A stretch of 29,333 nt of DNA from Promethearchaeota archaeon (GTDB taxonomy: Archaea; Asgardarchaeota; Lokiarchaeia; Sigyniarchaeales; SOKP01). This document shows, in pieces, positions 9,491-17,971 of the stretch. The stretch's first letter is position 1. Every line of letters begins with the position of its first letter. Made by a program: the position numbers and the translations under genes. The stretch covers positions 4,447-33,779 of the forward strand of contig JBHLOC010000050.1 of the NCBI GenBank assembly GCA_048940925.1. The letters are read 5' to 3'. The notes beneath the pieces were generated by a model that saw only the letters and a program-made list of their open reading frames with translations, ran no database searches and had not been told where the DNA came from.

Positions 9491-10178
9491 TAATTTTTGG
9501 CAAATAGAATTTATAGAGATATTAAATAACAAGAAAAATTTAATTATTAAATTAATTTTACCCTTAATTCTTACATTTCCTTTAATAATTCCAGGAATGG
9601 CCTTAAATGTAAAGTCTAGTTTTTTCACCCTGATAATAATCTTCATCTCAACTTTTGGTTCTGCTGTAAGGTTAATCCAATTAAAAGAAAATAAAATAAT
9701 TGAAAAGTTGGCGGTACTTCCTATTAAAAGTTACCGATTAATTTTTGATTACCTTTTTGCAAGTGTATTAATAGACTGTATTAAATTAAGCATACCTTTA
9801 ATATTGCTACTTATTTTTAACTTAAATACTTTTCAAATACTTGCGTTGTTCTGGGTTGTAATTAATTTCATTATATCAATTATTTTTGCGAATTGTCTTG
9901 GAATTATTGTAGCTATTTTAGCAAGTTCATCAGGAGAAGTTCATCTATATTCTATCATAACTGTATTAGGAATTTCAGTCATCTCTGGCATATTTTTTAT
10001 TCCTTTACCCTATTTCCTTAACATTATACCCTTATTAATGCCTTTTTATTATTTTTTAAATTCCCTTAAATCTTTCTGGGAGGGAACCTTAGGTTTTTCG
10101 ATATTTCCTCTAATAATAGTGATTATAATTACTTTTATAATCTTTTTAATCTCTTCTAGGTTATTTCGTTTTAAATAA
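9480..10178 (+). CDS. ABC-2 type permease
   Basis: Six TM helices, KENKIIEKLAVLP (RExGxLxxLxxxP-like), LMPFYY. Overlaps the ATPase gene by 11 nt. Confidence 0.85.
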   Translation: MYPNNFWQIEFIEILNNKKNLIIKLILPLILTFPLIIPGMALNVKSSFFTLIIIFISTFGSAVRLIQLKENKIIEKLAVLPIKSYRLIFDYLFASVLIDCIKLSIPLILLLIFNLNTFQILALFWVVINFIISIIFANCLGIIVAILASSSGEVHLYSIITVLGISVISGIFFIPLPYFLNIIPLLMPFYYFLNSLKSFWEGTLGFSIFPLIIVIIITFIIFLISSRLFRFK

Positions 10179-10338
10179 AAATTAACTTTAGTAAAAAATA
10201 GTGAGATCCATTGAATTAAAGTACTTTGATAAAAGAAACAAAGAAAAGAACAAATGAAAAATCCCAAGTTTAAATAAAATTTGAAAAATTAAATTATTTT
10301 ATAATATAATAAAATTTAAACTAAAAATAGAGAAAATT

Positions 10339-11034
10339 ATGGAATTAGAATATGATATTTTTCTTGAGAATGAGCAAGTAAAAATTGAGTATCATAATGG
10401 AAAGTCTATCGAATATGAACTTCAACCATTACCACATCAGTTCTTACAATGGCAATCAGAAGCGAGATTAAAAATGTATGAACAAATACAATTAGGAGGG
10501 GTAAATTCAGTCAAAACTCTTCCAGCACACCTTCCTGTATTAGCAACACAATCGAATAAAAACCAATTCGTCAATTTAGCCACAAAAGGGTTGGGTTTAT
10601 TACCAAAGAAGAATAAAGTCCACGAATTCCTTAATTTATTTATAGAAACAAAAAATTTGTGTAATTCTCAACCATGGGAAAGCACAATCAAAAAACGTAT
10701 GGAAACTGTTATAAAATATTATAAAAATCTAAACAATTTTGATCCCTATTTTTTAGGAGGTTTAGAAATATTTGAAGGAACAACTTTTAAAAACATTGCA
10801 AGAAACCCTCTCGTATCATTACTATATACTGGAACAGCGCCAAAATTTTTAAGCTTCCAAATTCATGGAATTATTAAAATTATTCAAAATGAAAATCTTT
10901 ATTATCAATTTTTATTATCTGCAAGAGAATTGTTCGCTTTTGACTCCTTTCACGTAATTCAAAGTAGTTATCCCTTCGGGTACTTATTTTATATCGTTAA
11001 TATTAAGGAAAAGACACCTTTTTCAAGGAAATGA
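10339..11034 (+). CDS. Pyridoxamine 5'-phosphate oxidase-like split-barrel protein (flavin or heme binding)
   Basis: TTFKNIARNPLVSLLY...SFQIHG matches the PNPOx-like T..N+..NP.VSLL pattern. Confidence 0.65.
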   Translation: MELEYDIFLENEQVKIEYHNGKSIEYELQPLPHQFLQWQSEARLKMYEQIQLGGVNSVKTLPAHLPVLATQSNKNQFVNLATKGLGLLPKKNKVHEFLNLFIETKNLCNSQPWESTIKKRMETVIKYYKNLNNFDPYFLGGLEIFEGTTFKNIARNPLVSLLYTGTAPKFLSFQIHGIIKIIQNENLYYQFLLSARELFAFDSFHVIQSSYPFGYLFYIVNIKEKTPFSRK

Positions 11035-11683
11035 TTATAAAAAAATTATATCTTTTATATATTAAGAAAAATTGGATTAAATCCTTTTTTTAAAGGTTTC
11101 AATTTTAAATTAGATAAATAAAATTAGATTTATTATCAATTTAATTAATTATTTTATCAATTTAATCTAATATATCATAGAATCAAAGTTAAAGTTACAC
11201 GCACACTGTAGCATAAAATTTTACAATGATTTTCATTTTGGAATTAATGGTAGTATACAGATGTACGAAATTTTATTAATAGAGACAATCCCCTTTTCAA
11301 AAGAAGAAATATCTGATAGTATATGATTTGTTACTTAGATTCATAAGGGGTTTATTATTTTTATTATTTAATTTCATTTTGTAATAAAATAACGATGATT
11401 TCACGCATTTATTTAGTAAATTCAAAAATAATTTAATTATTTAATAATCATTTATTTGAATTAGGTATCAACGTAACCGGCTCTATTTTATAATCTTCAA
11501 TCTTATTGAAATCTAATTTTTTTGTGTAGATTTAATCCCCTCCTATTGGAATGGTTATAAATCTTTATCAAATATTTAATAAAAATGGTTTAAATGCTAC
11601 ATAAAGATATAAATTACTTAAATTCTATGATAATTTATAACGTTAAATATAGAAATCTATAAAAATATAAGGAGTTGATCTAT

Positions 11684-12481
11684 TTGGCTGAAGAATGTAA
11701 AAATTTAGAAAAAAAAGCTAAAGAATTAGAGATAGAAAATGTAGATGAAGCAATTAAAATTTATAAACAAGCTGCTGAATGTTATATTAAAATTGATAAA
11801 CCAAAAAATAGAAATAGTTGTTTAGAAAAAGTAGCAAAATTAATTAGAGAAAACGCAAAATCAATCGATGATCCTGTTGAAGCATTCGAAATATTTAAAT
11901 CTGCGTCAGAAGTTTACACTCAAATTAGTAAACAAGCTGAATCAGAAAAGGTAATGAATGAAGCTAATAAAAAATTAATAGACTCTGCAAAAAATTTAAG
12001 AGCAGAAGCAAAAAAAATTGAAGATCCTGATTTTGCAGAACTAAAATTTGCAAAAGCTTCTGAATATGCGTCTCAGGGGAACGACGATGGGTTGAGTAAA
12101 GCATGTTGGAATGATTCTGGGGATCAATTTAGAAAAAAAGCAGCGGAAATTGAAGATCCAAGAGAAGCTTTGGAAATTTTTAAACATGCTATAGAAAATT
12201 ACATAAAAGGTGGAAGTGAAGAACTAAAAAATAAGTCCTTTACAGAAGCAGCAGATAAATTTAATAAGAATGCTAATGACATTGAAAAATCGAAAAAAAA
12301 TTTAATATTAGCAATTGACAGCCATGTTCAAGCAGCTACTCTCTATAAAGCTGCGAATTTAGACGAAAAATCAGACGATTTAACAAATAAAATAAATGAT
12401 TTATGTGAATTTATTGGTATGCCATTAAAAGAAATAACAAAATACTTAAATTCTCAGGATATAACGGCGATCTCTATTTAA
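11684..12481 (+). CDS. Alpha-helical solenoid repeat protein, SNAP (NSF attachment protein)/TPR-like
   Basis: Five ~44-51 aa repeats (I[ED]DPxEAxxxFxxAxxxY). Start moved from 11675 to TTG 11684 because the SD-like GGAGTTGA (11671-11678) overlaps the first TTG. Confidence 0.65.
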   Translation: MAEECKNLEKKAKELEIENVDEAIKIYKQAAECYIKIDKPKNRNSCLEKVAKLIRENAKSIDDPVEAFEIFKSASEVYTQISKQAESEKVMNEANKKLIDSAKNLRAEAKKIEDPDFAELKFAKASEYASQGNDDGLSKACWNDSGDQFRKKAAEIEDPREALEIFKHAIENYIKGGSEELKNKSFTEAADKFNKNANDIEKSKKNLILAIDSHVQAATLYKAANLDEKSDDLTNKINDLCEFIGMPLKEITKYLNSQDITAISI

Positions 12482-12710
12482 ATTTTAAAAATTGTGGTGT
12501 TTAAATATTTACATCACTCTCATCTTTAAATATCGAATCTAAGTTAAATTAAATTAAAGTGAACACTATGGATTCGATAAGAAATTTCAAATAATGATCG
12601 GAAACTTGACTTATAAAGTATTTTTAATTCAAGTTGTTTATTTATTGAATCAACTCTAAATAAAAATTAACTCTTTTTGTGGAGTTAATGGGAAAGTAGG
12701 TTTAAGTAAG

Positions 12711-13397
12711 ATGAAAAGAATTGGTATTTTAGGTGGTATGTCATATGAATCTACCATAAAGTATTATGATTTAATTCTCCAAAAATATTATGATAAGTTC
12801 AATGATTATAATTACCCTGAAATCATAATATTTAGTTTAAATTTTCAGAAAGTAATTGACTTTGAATTAGGTAAAGATAAACAGAAATATATTGAATATC
12901 TCATGAGTGGAATTACAGCACTAGAAAATGCTGGTGTAAACTATATTATAATGGCTGCAAACTCACCTCATGTGGTATATGAAGATTTGGTGAAACTCTC
13001 AAAAGTACCAATATTAAGTATTATAAAAGCTACCTTAAAGAAAGCACAAAAAGAGAATATGCAGAAATTACTTCTATTAGGGATAAGATTTACAATGCAA
13101 TCCACATTTTACCAAGATTATGCCATGGAGTTAGGTATAGATGTGATTACGCCATCGGATGATGAGCAAGATAAAATAAATAAGATTATTTTTGATGAAT
13201 TAGTTTTAGGATTCTTTAAACAAGCATCTAAGAATACATTATTACAAATTATTAATAAATACAAAATAGATGGAGTAATCTTAGGGTGTACGGAATTACC
13301 TCTAATTTTAAATCAAAACGATACAAAAGTAAGGTTGCTTGATACTGTTGAACTTCATGTAGAAGCTGCGTTAAATTATCATTTTTCTTTGGAATGA
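12711..13397 (+). CDS. Aspartate/glutamate racemase family (RacX/YgeA-like)
   Basis: IGILGGMS.EST..YY, LGIRFTM, ILGCTELP; first catalytic motif reads MAANSPH. Confidence 0.92.
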   Translation: MKRIGILGGMSYESTIKYYDLILQKYYDKFNDYNYPEIIIFSLNFQKVIDFELGKDKQKYIEYLMSGITALENAGVNYIIMAANSPHVVYEDLVKLSKVPILSIIKATLKKAQKENMQKLLLLGIRFTMQSTFYQDYAMELGIDVITPSDDEQDKINKIIFDELVLGFFKQASKNTLLQIINKYKIDGVILGCTELPLILNQNDTKVRLLDTVELHVEAALNYHFSLE

Positions 13398-13518
13398 TTA
13401 GTTGTAAGTTTTTTTAACTTGCAAGTGCTATTTATAATAATTAAGCTTGGATGGTAATTAGATTATAAGCCGATTAACTAATGTAAAATTCAAAGATCTT
13501 GCTCCCATTGTATTAGTA

Positions 13519-15726
13519 ATGGTATTGTTATTTATTTCAATTGCATGTGCATATATGCTTATTCCAAGTTATGCAACAATAAAAGAAGAATTCAATATCC
13601 CACAAGCACTAATAGCAATACCTGATGCATTTTTTATATTAATCAGTGCCCTATTTGCATTGCTCTGGGGATATTGGGCAGATAGAGTTGACAGAGGGAA
13701 AGTATTACTAGTAGGAGCGTTTTCATGGACAGTTGGAATGTTACTAACAGCGTTTTCGACGACATATTTAATGTTAGTGATCTCAAGAGTGTCCAGTGGA
13801 GCAGGATTAGGATGTGTGTTACCCGTGGGGTATTCTATTATTTCAGATGCTATTCCTGCTGAAGAAAGATCTGGATGGTTTGGAACACTAGCAATTTTAA
13901 GTTCTCTATCGAATGGAGCTGGGCAAGGACTTTCTTCTTTTTTAGGTCCAATTTTCGGTTGGAGATTTCCATTTTATCTCTTTGCGGGTATAAGTATAGG
14001 TGTTATTTTCATACTTTTTTTCGTTAAAATCCCTAAACGGGGAGCTAGCGAGAATGAACTTTTAGATTTAATGGAATTAGATTTGGAATATAGTTATCGA
14101 ATTTCAAAGGAAGATTTATCAATAATTATAAGAAAAAAAACCAACCTATATTTAACAATACAGGGATTTTTCTCAATCATACCAGGTACTGTTTTAGTTT
14201 ATTTTACAACATCAATGTTGATGCTCCAATTTTTTAATCAAATACCAACAGAAATACGACTTCAAACGGCTACTATATTTGCTGGTATGATAGGCATTGG
14301 TTATCTTCTTGGGAATGCTGTCTTTGCACGTTTAGGAGATGTTTTATTTCGACGTAATAAAAAGAATAGAGCTAGATTGGCGACTATATGCTTAATATTA
14401 TCAATTCCTTTTGCGATTGTTCTACTTATTTCATTGCATCCTATTAATATAAATAAGCTCAATATCATATATCCAGAACCAATTCCCACAGACAAAATTT
14501 GGTTGTATATTTTTCGAACTATTGGTGAAATTTTTGTTGCATATCCAAATTACATTGTTTTCTTAGTTTTCGCTTTAACGGCTTCCATGCTTGGGGCAGG
14601 ACCAGTTGCGAATAGGAATGCTGTCATGATAGACGTTAATATGCCTGAACATAAAGGAACTGCTGCTTCGTTTTTAAAACTTTCAGAGCAAATAAGTAAG
14701 GGTGTAACTCTCCTACTTTCTTATACATTAATTTCTTTATTAGGAAGTATATTCAATATGTTATTTTTTACCGTGTTTTTCTGGTTTCCAGCAGCGATTC
14801 TATGGTATTTTGCAAGTAAAAACGTAGAAAAAGATATGGCTTACAAATCAAGAATCTTATCTGAAAGAAAACAAATTAGTTTAATTGACTATATTTTTGA
14901 ACTAGAAATCCAAATGGATAGAGCGATTCAAAAAGTTCAAGATTCTAAATATTATATTCAAAGTGATGAAAAGAAATTCAATAAATTACTTAGCGATGCA
15001 TTGATTATTTTCAAATTCTGTGAATATGAAGGGGAATCTCGAAGTATTACTGAAGTAGAGAAAAAGGCACATATCTTTTATCTACGAGTTTTATTAATAA
15101 GGCAAGAAGCTCATAGAATTTTTAAGAAATTATCAGATGAGAATTTAGAGCCCAAGGAAATAGCACCGTTAAAAAATGAATTAAAGCAAATTTATTATAA
15201 AATCGGTGAATGGGAGAAAAGTACTTATGGAAAAATACAAACTTATTATGAAGACGCATATTTAAAAATTGTCGAGGCAAGGATAAATCAGAAACAAGAT
15301 TTAATAAAAGCATTGTTCAAAATATCTGAGGCAATAAGAGTTTATGAACGGGTAAAATACCTACTAAATGAAAGACTTGAAGTTGTTATTGAAAAATCCA
15401 ATTTGTCTGATGATGAATCAATAGTACGAGATAAAGAACAAGAATTGTTTAATAAATGTTCTAAAGCTTTAAATGCAACACTAAAATTACAAGAAGAAAT
15501 AAAATTTGCATTGAATCAATTAAAGGAAGTAGGAATTCAACGAGAAGATTTAAGTAAGTTTTCTGATCTCAGTCAAGAATATAATGTTGATCTTTATGAA
15601 GTGATTCTTGACACATTTCAGGACGATAAGAAAAGACAAAAAGCACTTATTGGACCCTTAGAAAAAATTGATGATATTTTTAACCAATATGATAAATGGA
15701 AAGAAACAGAATTTAAGGTTTTTTAA
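13519..15726 (+). CDS. MFS transporter (Spinster-like) fused to a ~300 aa cytoplasmic helical domain
   Basis: Motif A WGYWADRVDR, RVSSGAGLG, ISDAIPAEERS, DVNMPEHKGTA; a long charged helical tail follows from about 14820. Confidence 0.88.
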   Translation: MVLLFISIACAYMLIPSYATIKEEFNIPQALIAIPDAFFILISALFALLWGYWADRVDRGKVLLVGAFSWTVGMLLTAFSTTYLMLVISRVSSGAGLGCVLPVGYSIISDAIPAEERSGWFGTLAILSSLSNGAGQGLSSFLGPIFGWRFPFYLFAGISIGVIFILFFVKIPKRGASENELLDLMELDLEYSYRISKEDLSIIIRKKTNLYLTIQGFFSIIPGTVLVYFTTSMLMLQFFNQIPTEIRLQTATIFAGMIGIGYLLGNAVFARLGDVLFRRNKKNRARLATICLILSIPFAIVLLISLHPININKLNIIYPEPIPTDKIWLYIFRTIGEIFVAYPNYIVFLVFALTASMLGAGPVANRNAVMIDVNMPEHKGTAASFLKLSEQISKGVTLLLSYTLISLLGSIFNMLFFTVFFWFPAAILWYFASKNVEKDMAYKSRILSERKQISLIDYIFELEIQMDRAIQKVQDSKYYIQSDEKKFNKLLSDALIIFKFCEYEGESRSITEVEKKAHIFYLRVLLIRQEAHRIFKKLSDENLEPKEIAPLKNELKQIYYKIGEWEKSTYGKIQTYYEDAYLKIVEARINQKQDLIKALFKISEAIRVYERVKYLLNERLEVVIEKSNLSDDESIVRDKEQELFNKCSKALNATLKLQEEIKFALNQLKEVGIQREDLSKFSDLSQEYNVDLYEVILDTFQDDKKRQKALIGPLEKIDDIFNQYDKWKETEFKVF

Positions 15727-15735
15727 GAAATTTTA

Positions 15736-16002
15736 TTAATTTCTAAATTCTGCTTGTAATAGCTCCAGCATCTCACTTCTTTCTGCTTCAGAAAGCTTAC
15801 TTGGTTTTTTGCCTTTATTATGAACATAATCAGGATATTCCTGATTAAAGCATAAATTAATTAAAAAAAGTAAACAATTTCTAACTCTTAATGCATTAGA
15901 TATTTCGCTTTCTAGATCTTTCATTAACTCAATCAAAATTTTGTATTTACTCACCTCACTATTGGTGGATGCCTTTAAGATTTTATCGTAACAATCTTCC
16001 AT
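15736..16002 (-). CDS. Hypothetical protein
   Basis: 88 aa ORF with protein-like composition, convergent with the MFS gene. Confidence 0.6.
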   Translation of the reverse strand: MEDCYDKILKASTNSEVSKYKILIELMKDLESEISNALRVRNCLLFLINLCFNQEYPDYVHNKGKKPSKLSEAERSEMLELLQAEFRN

Positions 16003-16257
16003 TTTTATAATGAAAATTATAACTTGATCTATATTATCTCTACATCTTAAGCAGTTACATAGAGAATAATATATTTATAAGTATCTTTTGTCTTTTTTTT
16101 CCTATGAGAAAATGTATTTTCCTGTTTTTCCCATGAAAAAAACTATATTTTTAGATATAGTAAACTCTTTTTAGTGAAAAATAACAAGATTCAAAGAACC
16201 TATCAGACAACTCTATTGTTGCTTAAATAATTATTCTACAATAACTATATGAAGAAG

Positions 16258-16539
16258 TTACCGATAACGAGGTAGAATTTCTAAAAAAATTATACCCATT
16301 TTTCTTGGAAATATCCCTACTCTGTCTCCATCTTTAATACTCTTATCTAATTTACACAAATTTCCATTTACAAAAATATGACTAATTTCCTCTTCATTGA
16401 TGTTAAAATTCTCAAGAATATCTAAAATAGTGCTCAAATTATTACATTTAATCTCTAATGTTTTAGGTATTCCATTATCTTCATCTTCTAAAGATATTTT
16501 TCTTTTTAAATCGCCATAAAACTTCACAATTATTGACAT
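16258..16539 (-). CDS. MoaD/ThiS (SAMP-like) beta-grasp protein without C-terminal GG
   Basis: VKFYGDL start, IFVNG, IKDGDRVGIFP; GAGGT SD upstream. Confidence 0.85.
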   Translation of the reverse strand: MSIIVKFYGDLKRKISLEDEDNGIPKTLEIKCNNLSTILDILENFNINEEEISHIFVNGNLCKLDKSIKDGDRVGIFPRKMGIIFLEILPRYR

Positions 16540-16705
16540 ATTTTTTACCTCTTGAAAATAAAAATCTAAGTTTTTTCTATTTAATAAAGTAGAAATCTAG
16601 TTAGTTGAGTCAATAGATTTTCTCTTCAATAAGCTAACAAGTTAGAAGAAATTTAAATATATATTTTATATATTAAAAATCAGTCTTAAATTTAGTATTT
16701 TAAAA

Positions 16706-17254
16706 TTAAATTTCGACACTCTGAACAAAAGTATCAATTGACTGCTCTAAATCTATAATATCTTCTACTCCCTTTATTTCAGCACTTGCAATTTTGCCTA
16801 AAAACTCCTTTAATAATTTTTCTTTTGTTTTATCAGTCGGGAATAGTAGGGAAGCCTTGTAATGCTCCCAGTCGAGGATATTAGAGAATATTAAAAATAA
16901 AACTTCAACATGGGAATAATCAACGAGAGATTGTAATTTTTCTTTAGTTATCATTATTTTTGTGTGATCTGTGTAAAATTGTGAAAGATCATCATAATAA
17001 TTCGTAATACGGGCAATGTTATCAAGCTGCGCATTTAATGCTGCTTGATTAATAGGACTATCCTCATCTCTATATAATATATCGAAGTATTTCATTATGA
17101 AATCTTTCAATTTCTGTAGTTTTGTCTGGAAAACACGGGTCTTTACTATGCGTTCGAACATTGGAGAAGCAAGATCTTGGTAAAAACGAAGTTCAAACTT
17201 GACAATATCTAATATATCGAAGAAGAGCTCGCGTAGATCTATGATCTCAGACAT
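16706..17254 (-). CDS. Hypothetical helical protein
   Basis: Long open frame. ATG at 17254 (MSEII) is preceded by a GGTGA SD and is preferred to the GTG at 17281. Confidence 0.7.
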   Translation of the reverse strand: MSEIIDLRELFFDILDIVKFELRFYQDLASPMFERIVKTRVFQTKLQKLKDFIMKYFDILYRDEDSPINQAALNAQLDNIARITNYYDDLSQFYTDHTKIMITKEKLQSLVDYSHVEVLFLIFSNILDWEHYKASLLFPTDKTKEKLLKEFLGKIASAEIKGVEDIIDLEQSIDTFVQSVEI

Positions 17255-17429
17255 TTTCTCACCAATTTGGTTAATCTCCACAGATTATAGAATGAATCAA
17301 CCCATATTATGGTCTTTTTTTAAAAAAATTTATAATTACAATTTTAAATAAATTTTAAAATATTTATATTTTTATATTTCAAATCTAAATGCTTGTTAAA
17401 TCTTTAACAAAACCATTCTTAATAAAAGG

Positions 17430-17589
17430 TTAAGGAAATTCTTCTGGAGTACTACTTTTTTTATTCATTTTTCTCAACTTCTCATAGCACTCCGCACAAT
17501 ACCATGTTTTGCGCACAAGATTAAATATCATATCCTTATTAGATTTAAAACACATTGGACAGAGTAGAATAGAAACCCTTAGAGATCAC
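17430..17589 (-). pseudogene. Frameshifted small CxxC...CxxC zinc-finger gene
   Basis: Frame reads SLRVSILLCPMCFKSNKDMIFNLVRKTWYCAECYEKLRKMNKKSSTPEEFP* with no in-frame start before the first Cys. A GTG at 17589 joins it if one G is removed from AAGGGTT. Confidence 0.55.
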
Positions 17590-17920
17590 TCAATCCCCCA
17601 ATATTCCTCGTCTAATTCCTTGTTTAACTTTCGATATTTTTCATCATCATAGAAATCGTCATTTTTCATTCCCCTTTCTTCCTCCCTTAATTTCCATTCC
17701 TTGTCATTTTAAAAATTCTGCGTAAAAAAAAAATTTCAATCAATAGAAGTATATGGGTTTTTTCTTTATCATTTTTGCACGATCTTCATCTTCCTCAGGA
17801 TTATACTTATCACTTTAGTTTTTTAAACAATTCTTTGTCATAATCTCGTTCTTTAATTTCACTGACCCATGTTGCCTAGCAAAAAATCTTTTTGGAAGTA
17901 AGTGAGTCCCAATAATCATA
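17586..17920 (-). pseudogene. Degenerate gene remnant (acidic, charged protein)
   Basis: Protein-like segments ATWVSEIKERDYDKELFKKL, SDKYNPEEDEDRAKMIKKKPIYFY and NDKEWKLREEERGMKNDDFYDDEKYRKLNKELDEEYWGIE*, broken by stops and frame changes near A/T runs. Confidence 0.45.
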
Positions 17921-17971
17921 TATAGAATTAGTAAAAAAAATTTTATTCTCAATAGGAGGTCTAATATCAGA

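Noticed and set aside
5948-10178. NosD-like protein plus ABC ATPase and permease as a nosDFY copper system
   Set aside because: No nosZ or nosL in the window, the USP gene intervenes, and the beta-helix protein has a C-terminal membrane anchor typical of generic surface proteins.
11035-11670. 640-nt AT-rich gap with a TTATCAATTTAAT direct repeat as replication origin or ncRNA
   Set aside because: No ORB-like G-string boxes, no cdc6/orc1 nearby, no GC-rich structured segment; the repeat is low complexity.
17586-17588. In-frame TGA as selenocysteine
   Set aside because: It is not in a redox motif, no SECIS-like element was recognised, and the upstream region has other disabling lesions.
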